Shown: in pieces, positions 1-7,586 of the stretch | Numbering within the stretch: the stretch's first letter is position 1 | Layout: each line of letters begins with the position of its first letter | Sequence record: BTPI01000018.1 | DNA: 32,000 nucleotides | Reading direction: 5' to 3' (one strand) | The notes under the pieces: generated by a model | The model's database searches: none | The model's input: the letters and a program-made list of their open reading frames with translations, nothing else | Told to the model about the DNA's origin: nothing | Position numbers and translations under genes: made by a program

Positions 1-21
1 ACTTATAAAAAACTAGTAATT

Positions 22-966
22 TTAATTGGAAATTTTTTTTAAGTTATTTTTACGTATACCTAATAAATTTATTAAGTTAATTTGAAAACATTTTATGAGT
101 TTTATTTTTAATATGGTATTAAAAAACGTAAACCAAACTATTGGACTAGAATATTGTTGAATCAAATGAGTATAAACGGAATTGTTTAATTGTAATAATT
201 TTTCAAAATCTAAATAATTTATAGTTTTGCCTTGAACTAAGCCACCAATAAAAAAAAAGCTAAATTTAATATTTTTTTTATTTGCAAAATTAGGTTTTTG
301 TAGATACAAATCTAATTTATTTTTTTTCTTTATAAATAATGAAGGCAAATTCGTGTTGTCAAAACAACTTGTTTTACAACGATATAAATCAAGAAATTCT
401 GGCTTAAACTGAAATTTATTATAAGAAAAATTATATGTGAATATATTTAAAATTTCATAAATAGCTTTGCATTGCTTTATTGAATTAAAGGCTATCATTA
501 AAGTAGGCCCTTGGCATAAAAAATTTAATTGTTGTTTATTGGTTTTTAAATATTTCATGTTTTTTTTACCAATAAAATGAAAAGGCAATTTTTTTTCACT
601 ATCACAACTTAAATCAATTTTGCTCTGATTTGATAAATTAATCTTATGTTTGCTCTTTGGTAACGAAGTTACCTGCAGGCTTACTTCGTTACTAAATTTT
701 TTATTAAAACTCACTTCAGATAAAAATTTACAATTATCAACTACTGAACTAATTTTGTTTTGAGCTTGACTAGCAAACATCATTTCATATGGAATTTTAT
801 TTTTAATTACAATTACGTTAGTGTTTTGTAAATTAAAAATTTGATTTTTTAATAAAATCCAATCTTTAAATTTTATATTATTGAATTGAAAAAAAAGTAC
901 AAAGTTGTTTCGTGATATAATATTTTGTATTTTATAATGAAATATTTTTTTTCTTAAAGTTGTCAT
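22..966 (-). CDS. rpl10: Expanded ribosomal protein L10-like protein (314 aa)
   Basis: Uninterrupted ORF with ATG at 966-964 and TAA at 24-22. It has three collinear matches to bacterial L10 motifs as I recall them: NVIVIKNKI (cf. VVRNTL), CQGPTLMIAFNS (cf. VGPTLIAYS) and FIGGLVQGKTINYLDFEKLLQL (cf. AAFEGELIPASQIDRLATL). The motifs are separated by N/K-rich insertions. No search was run. Confidence 0.6.
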   Translation of the reverse strand: MTTLRKKIFHYKIQNIISRNNFVLFFQFNNIKFKDWILLKNQIFNLQNTNVIVIKNKIPYEMMFASQAQNKISSVVDNCKFLSEVSFNKKFSNEVSLQVTSLPKSKHKINLSNQSKIDLSCDSEKKLPFHFIGKKNMKYLKTNKQQLNFLCQGPTLMIAFNSIKQCKAIYEILNIFTYNFSYNKFQFKPEFLDLYRCKTSCFDNTNLPSLFIKKKNKLDLYLQKPNFANKKNIKFSFFFIGGLVQGKTINYLDFEKLLQLNNSVYTHLIQQYSSPIVWFTFFNTILKIKLIKCFQINLINLLGIRKNNLKKISN

Positions 967-1050
967 ATTATTTTCTATATACTGGTAAAAAAGTTGTTTT
1001 AAAATGCTAATTTTTATTGGGAAGTTTTTGTTATAAGATTTTGTGATTGT

Positions 1051-1113
1051 ACCGTTTGGTATTTTACTACAAAAATACTATGTATTTTTTATTAAGCTTG
1101 TCCCTGCTAAAAT
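1051..1113 (+). repeat. Dispersed repeat family A, copy A1
   Basis: accgtttggtattttactacaaaaatactatgtattttttattaagcttgtccctgctaaaat. It shares the core ccgtttggta..aaaaatac-tat-gtattttt-attaa with the copies at 1453, 2857, 23871 (reverse) and 28033. Confidence 0.9.
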
Positions 1114-1155
1114 AAGATTTTATTAAAAAACTAAAAAGTTTTCTTTATGTTTAAA

Positions 1156-1188
1156 TTTACTAATAAAAATAATGTTTTTATTAGTAAA
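1156..1188. repeat. Hairpin family H copy (tttactaataaaaa / tttttattagtaaa)
   Basis: 14-bp perfect stem tttactaataaaaa (1156-1169) and tttttattagtaaa (1175-1188), loop taatg. Confidence 0.85.
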
Positions 1189-1299
1189 CTAAGAAATATT
1201 TAAAATAGTAAAAAATTATTTTATGAAATTTAAACAAATTTATTGATTTGTTTACACTTTTTGATAAAACATTCACTAGCAAAAAATCACAAATTTTAT

Positions 1300-1409
1300 C
1301 TTGCTTTGTTTACAAAAACTTGGTTTTCTTAAATAACGAAAATTATACAACAGTGACTTTTTTTAGTTATTTTTTTTAATAAAAACCAAGTTTTTGTAAA
1401 CAAAGCAAG
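1300..1409. repeat. Inverted repeat, 28-bp perfect arms with a 54-nt loop
   Basis: cttgctttgtttacaaaaacttggtttt (1300-1327) is the exact reverse complement of aaaaccaagtttttgtaaacaaagcaag (1382-1409). A 26/28 related single arm lies at 29821-29848. Confidence 0.92.
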
Positions 1410-1452
1410 TTGTTTTGCAGAAAAAAACGAAATTTTTTGCAAATTAGCAACC

Positions 1453-1509
1453 CCTTGGTACTTTACTACAAAAATACTATGTATTTTTTATTAAAATCGT
1501 CTTTGCTAA
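1453..1509 (+). repeat. Repeat family A, copy A2 (5' block type I, 3' block type a)
   Basis: cttggtactttactacaaaaatactatgtattttttattaaaatcgtctttgctaa. Confidence 0.9.
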
Positions 1510-1851
1510 ATCATTATAATAAAATTTATATTAAATATAAATTTTATAATTACAAAAATCTTTCTTCAAAAAATTGTTTTTTCCTTACAAAGGTTGTAAT
1601 AAAATTTATACTCAGTATAAATTTCATAATTACCAACTAAAGATTTTTATTAGTGAAGTGATTAACCAGGGTAAAGTTTAAATTGAAAAAAATTTTAATA
1701 TAAAAATAAAAGATTGTTGTAATTATTATAAAAAGTTTTTATTTAAAAAAAATTGACATTTTGTTGTAATATTATAAGCACATCGTAAACTATGCTTCTG
1801 TGAAAAAAGTATAGCTTCAATGGTGAGTTTAATTAAACGAAAAAATAAATT

Positions 1852-2658
1852 TTATATTTTTTCTATTTGTTCCCAGGGACTTGTAAAATCGAAGTATCGG
1901 AATTCTTGGGTCATTTCAACTGGTTCTGTGATAACTCGTTTTTCTGAATCGTCATACCGTACTTCTACAAAACCACTTAAAGGAAAATCTTTTCTTAAAG
2001 GGTGACCTTGGAACCCATAATCAGTTAAAATACGGCGCAAATCTGGATGATTTGAAAAAAAAATTCCGAACATATCCCAGACTTCTCTTTCCCACCAACC
2101 GGCAGATGAATAAAGTGTGGTTACAGATGATAATGTAGTAACTTCGTCTACACAAGTTTTTATTCTTATTCGAGCATTATATGAAATACTCAATAAATGA
2201 TAAACTACCTGAAAACGTGACACACGAGATGGATAATCCACTGCTGTAACATCTATTAACATTTTAAATTGTGTATTTACATGATTTTTAAGATAAAATA
2301 AAACTGATAAAATATATTCTGGAAAAACGTAAAATGTTGCTTCGTTTTTGTTATAAATAGCATACTGTACCCATTTAGGTGTAGCAGTTGTTACAGATTG
2401 AATAAATGTGTTGCTTAAAAGTTTTTCTTTTTTGTTTGTAGATAATGTTGAATGCAATAATATTCTATTTTTTATATAAGTAAATTTATGACTACCACAA
2501 GCTTTGAATAATTTGTTTTTAACAGAATTGCAGTAAAAAAATTTATAAGCTGTTGTATGAATTAATTTTTTTGTAAAATCATAATCAAAATTTCTACGAA
2601 AAAATGCTTCATTATTTAGATTCAGTTTTATTAAACATAGATTTTTACGTGACATCAT
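1852..2658 (-). CDS. nad9: NADH dehydrogenase subunit 9 (268 aa, long N-terminal extension)
   Basis: The C-terminal 190 aa are near-identical in pattern to plant Nad9: [75 protein letters not shown]. Confidence 0.93.
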   Translation of the reverse strand: MMSRKNLCLIKLNLNNEAFFRRNFDYDFTKKLIHTTAYKFFYCNSVKNKLFKACGSHKFTYIKNRILLHSTLSTNKKEKLLSNTFIQSVTTATPKWVQYAIYNKNEATFYVFPEYILSVLFYLKNHVNTQFKMLIDVTAVDYPSRVSRFQVVYHLLSISYNARIRIKTCVDEVTTLSSVTTLYSSAGWWEREVWDMFGIFFSNHPDLRRILTDYGFQGHPLRKDFPLSGFVEVRYDDSEKRVITEPVEMTQEFRYFDFTSPWEQIEKI

Positions 2659-2856
2659 AGTATTATTATTTTTTTAATATATGTATATTGTTTAAATATA
2701 TATGTGATAGTAAAATGTTCAAAAACAACTTTTTGTTTGCGGATAAAAATCGTAACACAAAACTGTTTTATTTGCTTAAACATTTAAACATTAAAGTATG
2801 AAAAACAATATTTTTTAGTATTTAAACAACTTTTTTAATAGAAACTTATTTAAATA

Positions 2857-2915
2857 CCGTTTGGTATTTAAATACAAAAATACTATGTATTTTTTATTAA
2901 AATCGTCTTTGCTAA
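2857..2915 (+). repeat. Repeat family A, copy A3 (5' block type II, 3' block type a)
   Basis: accgtttggtatttaaatacaaaaatactatgtattttttattaaaatcgtctttgctaa. Confidence 0.9.
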
Positions 2916-3211
2916 CTTTGCACATTAAAACTTAAAAAACTTTTTTTAACAAAATATTATTAACTTATTTAGAAAAAAAAGTTTTTTTTTCAAAAAAAAG
3001 CTTTGAAAGTTTAGCTATTTACTATATATTTCTCAATAAAAAAGTTAGTTTTGGCTTAAATTTCAGTTTGCTACCATAAGCTTTTTTTTTGGAAAAAATG
3101 TATTTTTGTCTCAAAATTGATAGCAAGCATAGATTTTTATATTTTGTAAAAATCAAGATCTTTAGTAGCACGCTACTTAAATTTAGTTAAAATTTAAATC
3201 AGTAAATCATA

Positions 3212-3251
3212 TTTTGATAGCAAGCTATTAAACTTTTGTAGTAAAAAATTT
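3212..3251 (+). repeat. Dispersed repeat family D, copy D1
   Basis: ttttgatagcaagctattaaacttttgtagtaaaaaattt, compared with 17704-17743 ttttgatagcaagttattaaacttttgtagaaaaaaattt (about 37/40 identical). The continuation (tttccaag.cagcaa) recurs at about 6375-6395. Confidence 0.85.
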
Positions 3252-3338
3252 CATTTTTTTCCAAGCCAGCAAATTTTTGGTTAAAAACCTACAGACTTGC
3301 TTAAATAGAAAAAACAGTGTTTTTTTCAACAAATTTTT

Positions 3339-3407
3339 AGTAGCATTTAAATAATGACAAAAATTTCCAATTTTTGTACCAGCTTTTTTTCACAACTAAA
3401 AAGCAAA
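3339..3407 (+). repeat. Repeat family B (double-hairpin element), copy B1
   Basis: agtagcatttaaataatg-ACAAAAATT-tcc-AATTTTTGT-acca-GCTTTTT-ttcacaact-AAAAAGC-aaa. Confidence 0.88.
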
Positions 3408-3509
3408 TCACTTTAGTATAAAAAGTATCAATTCATCGAAATAGTAATACCAAATTGGCTTTTTTTGCAATACTAGCGACGAATTTTCAAGAAACATAAC
3501 AAAAAATAA

Positions 3510-3743
3510 TTATTTTTTTTTTACTTTATGAACAGCTTTTTTTCTAGTCGTTGAGAATTCACCGAATTTATGTCCTATCATTTCTTCAGAAATCGTAAGT
3601 GGAATAAATACTTTTCCATTGTAAACTAAAAAATTTTTATGTAAATAACAAGGTAAAACAACAGAGCGTCTAGACCATACTTTATTTGTTGTATTTTTTA
3701 TTTTTATTTCACAGAAAGGACCTTTGGGTATTGATCGTGCCAT
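3510..3743 (-). CDS. rps19: Ribosomal protein S19 (77 aa, shortened)
   Basis: MARS..KGPF at the N-terminus, then VWSRRS..LP, VYNGK.FIP..I.EEMIGHKFGEF..TRK. This is the S19 signature. Confidence 0.9.
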   Translation of the reverse strand: MARSIPKGPFCEIKIKNTTNKVWSRRSVVLPCYLHKNFLVYNGKVFIPLTISEEMIGHKFGEFSTTRKKAVHKVKKK

Positions 3744-4119
3744 ATATATAATTTTTTTGTAATTTTTGAAAAAATTTATAATAAAAAATTTAAATTTAAA
3801 ATTAACGAGAAAGTTTTATCGTGTTTTTAAATTGGTTAACACTAAAATTTTCTTAAGCCTACTAATTCTTTATATTTTTGCGGTAAAAGCTTATTTTTAA
3901 TTGAAAATTAGATTTGAAAAATTTTATGTTTTATTTTGTGTATCATTAGTAATAAAATTTTATCTTTTCTTAATTAAAGTAAAACAAAGTTTAAGTTAAA
4001 AAAATCAAATTTTTTTCTGAAATGCTTTTTAGTAGTTGTAAAAAATACTTCAGATTTTTTAGTATTTTGACTTTTACTTATTTAAAAATAAAATCTAAAA
4101 AACTTAAATAACTTTTTAT

Positions 4120-4476
4120 TTATAGTAAATGTAAACAGCTGTTATAAATTAAAGAAATTTCTAGTTCTACTCCAGGGAATTCTGAATTTTTTAAGAAAAA
4201 AACAAATAAAGCATTTTTATTCTCATTTTTTTCTTTTACGATAAGCTTTATCTTGCGGGAAGTAAATTTAAATTGCTCCCTAGATTTTTTATCAATATGA
4301 GGAGATCTCAAAACGGTAAAAAGTTTACGTTTTTTTGGTAAATTCATATAAATGATGTCATTTACTTTATTGGTAGTTTCAAAATTTAATAGAGATTGTA
4401 TTTTCTTTATAAATATAATGGTATTTTTTATCTGATACCATTGAAAGGACTTGATAGTAATATGTATTTGTGTCAT
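4120..4476 (-). CDS. rps10: Ribosomal protein S10 (118 aa)
   Basis: LPKKRKLFTVLRSPHIDKKSREQF.F..R matches the conserved S10 core (LP....ftvlrSPhv.KksreqfE). It starts 14 nt downstream of rpl16 on the same strand. Confidence 0.85.
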   Translation of the reverse strand: MTQIHITIKSFQWYQIKNTIIFIKKIQSLLNFETTNKVNDIIYMNLPKKRKLFTVLRSPHIDKKSREQFKFTSRKIKLIVKEKNENKNALFVFFLKNSEFPGVELEISLIYNSCLHLL

Positions 4477-4490
4477 ATTTAATTTTTTAA

Positions 4491-4895
4491 TTAATTGAAA
4501 ATGAGTTGAGTTTTAATTGGTAACTTGGAATCTGCTAATTTGAATGCTTGTTTTGCTAATTGTAGAGAAATACCATCCATTTCAAATAAAATTTGACCTG
4601 CTTGTATTCCACATGTCCAAAAGCATGGTGCTCCTTTACCCTTGCCCATTCGGACTTCCAAAGGTTTTTGAGTCACTGGAATATCTGGAAATATTTTTAT
4701 CCAAATCTTACCGCTTCTTTTAAATTTTCGGGTAATAGTACGTCGTACAGCTTCAATGGTTGAGGCAGTGATTTTACCAGATTCTAAAGACTTTAATCCA
4801 TATTTACCAAATTTTAATGTAATGTTATTTGATTGAATTCCTTTTATATTTCCTTTTTGATATTTTCGAAATTTAGTACGTTTCGGGCTTAACAT
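4491..4895 (-). CDS. rpl16: Ribosomal protein L16 (134 aa from the internal ATG)
   Basis: MLSPKRTKFRKYQKG...GKYGLKSLE.G.I....IEA.RR.ITR...R.GKIWI.IFPD.PVT.KP.E.RMGKGKG is the classical L16 pattern. I take the start at ATG 4895 because L16 begins ML.PKRTK. The ORF track extends to 4934. Confidence 0.93.
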   Translation of the reverse strand: MLSPKRTKFRKYQKGNIKGIQSNNITLKFGKYGLKSLESGKITASTIEAVRRTITRKFKRSGKIWIKIFPDIPVTQKPLEVRMGKGKGAPCFWTCGIQAGQILFEMDGISLQLAKQAFKLADSKLPIKTQLIFN

Positions 4896-5305
4896 AAAAA
4901 TATATATTTTTTGAAAAATGTAGTCTATAAACACATTATACTGTATGGTATTTAAATGACATTACAATGTAAAACTTTACACCATTTGTTTTTTTTAAAT
5001 TGTATTATAAAAATACAAAATTCTTTGTAGTAAAATGTTAGCACTTTACTTTTTACTTATATTAGAAAAATTTTTGGTTTTCGTAAAAAAGTAAAAAAAC
5101 CATTTTGTTGCTAAAAATTAAAGAGAAAATTTCATTTTAATTATATGGTGTTACCAGAAACAAAAAGTTAAAAATTTTTGTTAGTGAAATTTTTGCAAAC
5201 ACAATAAAGCAGTTAATTTTTCAATAAAAAATCTTTAGTTTAAAATAATTAAAGAAAAAATAAACTAAAATTTTATGATTTAGTGAAGTATTAATTTACA
5301 GTGTT

Positions 5306-5377
5306 AGGTTAGAGACAGATTCGAACTGTCGTTTCAAGATTTGCAATCTTATACATTAGCCACTATGTTATCTAACC
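5306..5377 (-). tRNA. trnC: tRNA-Cys (GCA)
   Basis: Hand-folded 72-nt cloverleaf. Acceptor GGTTAGA/TCTAACC, D stem ACAT/ATGT, anticodon stem TAAGA/TCTTG, loop TTGCAAA, T arm GACAG-TTCGAAT-CTGTC. Confidence 0.9.
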
Positions 5378-5521
5378 ATTTAAAGTTTTATATTTAAGTT
5401 AAATATATATAAATTCTTTACATTATAGTATAAAATGCATGACTTACAGTATAAAAATTTTTCCAAAAAAATGTAAACTATGTTAGAAACGATTTCAATA
5501 AAAATATGTTTATACTATTTC

Positions 5522-5594
5522 AGGAGAATAGTTCAAGTGGTAGAATGCTAGTTTCCAAAACTATTGGTTAAGGGTTCGAATCCCTTTTCTCCTG
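5522..5594 (+). tRNA. trnW: tRNA-Trp (CCA)
   Basis: 73-nt cloverleaf. Acceptor AGGAGAA/TTCTCCT, anticodon loop TTCCAAA, T arm AAGGG-TTCGAAT-CCCTT. There is one C-T mismatch at the top of the anticodon stem. Confidence 0.88.
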
Positions 5595-5878
5595 CAAACT
5601 TACTTAAATTATTAATGTCAAAAAAATAACTGTTTTTTCTGAAAAAAACAATCATTTGTGTAATAAAAATGGAATTACAAAAAACCAAAATTTATATATA
5701 AAATAAACCAAAAATTTTGTATATTGCAATAAAAAATAAAATTTTTAATAATTTAACTTTTTAATAAAAATAGTGAGTAATTTTACTATTTATCAAATAA
5801 AGTATTACAAATCAGTTATTTTCCATACGTTTTAGTAACCATAAAGTAAGTGTACAATAAAGTGTTTTCTACAGTTAG

Positions 5879-5913
5879 TTTACTAATAAAAATTGAAAAT
5901 TTTTATTAGTAAA
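5879..5913. repeat. Hairpin family H copy
   Basis: 16-bp perfect stem tttactaataaaaatt (5879-5894) and aatttttattagtaaa (5898-5913), loop gaa. Confidence 0.85.
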
Positions 5914-6486
5914 GCTTTATATGGTGTTGGTTATATTTGTTTTATTTTGCCTTTCGTTATTTTCAGGATAAAAATAAAGTTTTGCATATTTATTTAATAA
6001 CTTAACTTATTACAAAAGTTTTTGATTTCTGTCAGTAAAACACTGTTTACGCATTTAAATATACTAAAAAATTACTTTCTTTATTGTTAAAATGTTTTTC
6101 TCCTGTTTGCTTACACAAATTTCATTATTATAGTTTAAACCAGGCGCAAAACAAAAAATTTTTTAACTGATTTTACTAAAAACTAAAAAAAGCAGTTTTT
6201 TAGTCGTTGATAAAATCAAACAAAGTTTGATTTTATTTACAACCCTGCAGGTATATTGCGACCAAAGGGCCAATATAAAATTTAAGTTGAAGCTAACTAT
6301 ATAGCAAAAAATTATTTGGTTGCTTACTGTAAACTAACACCGTTTGGTATTTAGCTATTTAGTTTTTGTAGAAAAAAATAAAGATTTTTCCAAGACAGCA
6401 ACCAAAAATAAATGTACTACAAGCTTTTTTTACTATGAAAATCATAAATTTTTGGTACTGTTAAATTGGAAAAATGCGAAATGTTT

Positions 6487-6559
6487 GGGCAAAAGTGGGA
6501 TTTGAACCCACGACACGTAGAGTATGATTCTACTGTTCTAACCACTGAACTATTTTGCC
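6487..6559 (-). tRNA. trnM: tRNA with CAU anticodon (elongator Met or lysidine-modified Ile; not initiator-like)
   Basis: 73-nt cloverleaf. Acceptor GGCAAAA/TTTTGCC, D stem GTTC/GAAC, anticodon stem GTAGA/TCTAC, loop ATCATAC, T arm GTGGG-TTCAAAT-CCCAC. It lacks the three G-C pairs of initiator tRNAs. Confidence 0.85.
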
Positions 6560-6600
6560 AAAAACAATATAGATAAAATTTTATAAACAAGATATTACAA

Positions 6601-7467
6601 ATGAGCAAAAATAACGTTATTAAAAAAAAAAAGCAATTAACCATAAACTTTTCTAATTTATATACTGATTTCATTAAAAATAACATGAGTTTAGGTCACA
6701 ACTCACTTAAGTTACAAAAATCATGGCATAGTAACTTAAGTAAGTTTTTTATAGGCACTAGAAATAAAACTATAATTTTAAATTATAAATTTACATTAAA
6801 TTGTTTAATTAAAGCTCTTTACGTTTTTACATTTATAATAAAATGTAATGGAAATGTTTTAATTGTAAACACTAACCCTGAATTGTCAAAGCTTATGTAT
6901 CACATTAAAAAAAATACCCACTGCTTTCATTTATTTTTTAGTGATTGCGGGTGGACAAAAGGTACTCTAACAAATTGGAAACAAGTTTTTAGTAAAATAA
7001 AAACTTTTATAACTTTTTATCGTAATTTCGATATTTTCTTAAATGAAAATAACATTTATTTCCCTAATTATAGAAAAATGAAAAAAAATTACAAAGGTTT
7101 TTTAAACAAAAACACGAATCTAGAAAACAGTAATACAGAGTATAATATGAATTTTCTTCCTGAAAAAAAAAAGTTATTACTTAATGGTTTGATATCGGAA
7201 AAAAATCATGCTGAATCATCGCATGCTTTGAATTTTAATTGGAAGCCAGACATAATTATTTTAATGAGTACTGCTAATGCTGAATCTATTATTAATGAAG
7301 CTTCTAGCACAAATATACCGATTATAGCTTTTTTAGATTCAAATTCTAATACTCGTAATATTACTTATCCCATTCCAACAAATACTTATTATTACTTTTT
7401 TGTTTGGTTTTTTTTTAATTTTTTAACTAAATTAAATAATAAACTTTATTACGGTAAAACCATATAA
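6601..7467 (+). CDS. rps2: Ribosomal protein S2 (288 aa)
   Basis: GHNS...W.SNLSKFFIGTRNK.IILNYKFT...L.KA, then G.VLIVNT near the N-terminus, and PD.IILMS......INEAS..NIPIIAFLDSNSN near the C-terminus. This matches the S2 pattern (GvHfGH..wnp.m..yi.g.rn.i.ii.l.kT ; P..i.v.d......a..Ea..l.IP.ia..DtN). The start could also be the ATG at 6685. Confidence 0.8.
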   Translation: MSKNNVIKKKKQLTINFSNLYTDFIKNNMSLGHNSLKLQKSWHSNLSKFFIGTRNKTIILNYKFTLNCLIKALYVFTFIIKCNGNVLIVNTNPELSKLMYHIKKNTHCFHLFFSDCGWTKGTLTNWKQVFSKIKTFITFYRNFDIFLNENNIYFPNYRKMKKNYKGFLNKNTNLENSNTEYNMNFLPEKKKLLLNGLISEKNHAESSHALNFNWKPDIIILMSTANAESIINEASSTNIPIIAFLDSNSNTRNITYPIPTNTYYYFFVWFFFNFLTKLNNKLYYGKTI

Positions 7468-7521
7468 ATATTACTATACTTAAATAAAACTAATTTTATT
7501 TAAGTATAGTAATATTTATAT
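7462..7521. repeat. Perfect 28-bp hairpin (4-nt loop) between convergent rps2 and rps3
   Basis: atataaatattactatacttaaataaaa (7462-7489), loop ctaa, ttttatttaagtatagtaatatttatat (7494-7521). The left arm contains the rps2 stop codon TAA (7465-7467). Confidence 0.92.
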
Positions 7522-7586
7522 ATAGCACTTTCAAACAATATGATTGTCGTACATGCTATACTTAACAAAGTTTGATATTATATTTA

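Noticed and set aside
1410-1640. 76-aa ORF on the plus strand in the rpl10-nad9 spacer
   Set aside because: It starts at TTG and runs through the right arm of the 1300-1409 inverted repeat and family A copy A2. It is low-complexity (N/K/Y/F/L) with no recognisable motif, and is most likely a chance ORF over repeats.
1753-1781. Bacterial-looking TTGACA followed by TA-rich hexamers (possible sigma-70 promoter)
   Set aside because: No TATAAT-like hexamer sits at the canonical 17-nt spacing. Such hexamers are expected by chance in sequence this AT-rich, and mitochondria of this type transcribe with a phage-type polymerase.
1820-2005. 61-aa ORF antisense to the nad9 3' end
   Set aside because: It lies almost entirely within the strongly conserved nad9 coding region on the opposite strand and has no motif of its own.
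4896-4934. Upstream extension of the rpl16 ORF (MFIDYIFQKIYIF)
   Set aside because: L16 proteins begin ML.PKRTK. The ATG at 4895 gives exactly that N-terminus, and the 13 extra residues have no counterpart.
6417-6686. 89-aa ORF on the minus strand
   Set aside because: It contains the whole tRNA(CAU) gene (6487-6559) and overlaps the rps2 start. The hydrophobic low-complexity translation is an artefact.
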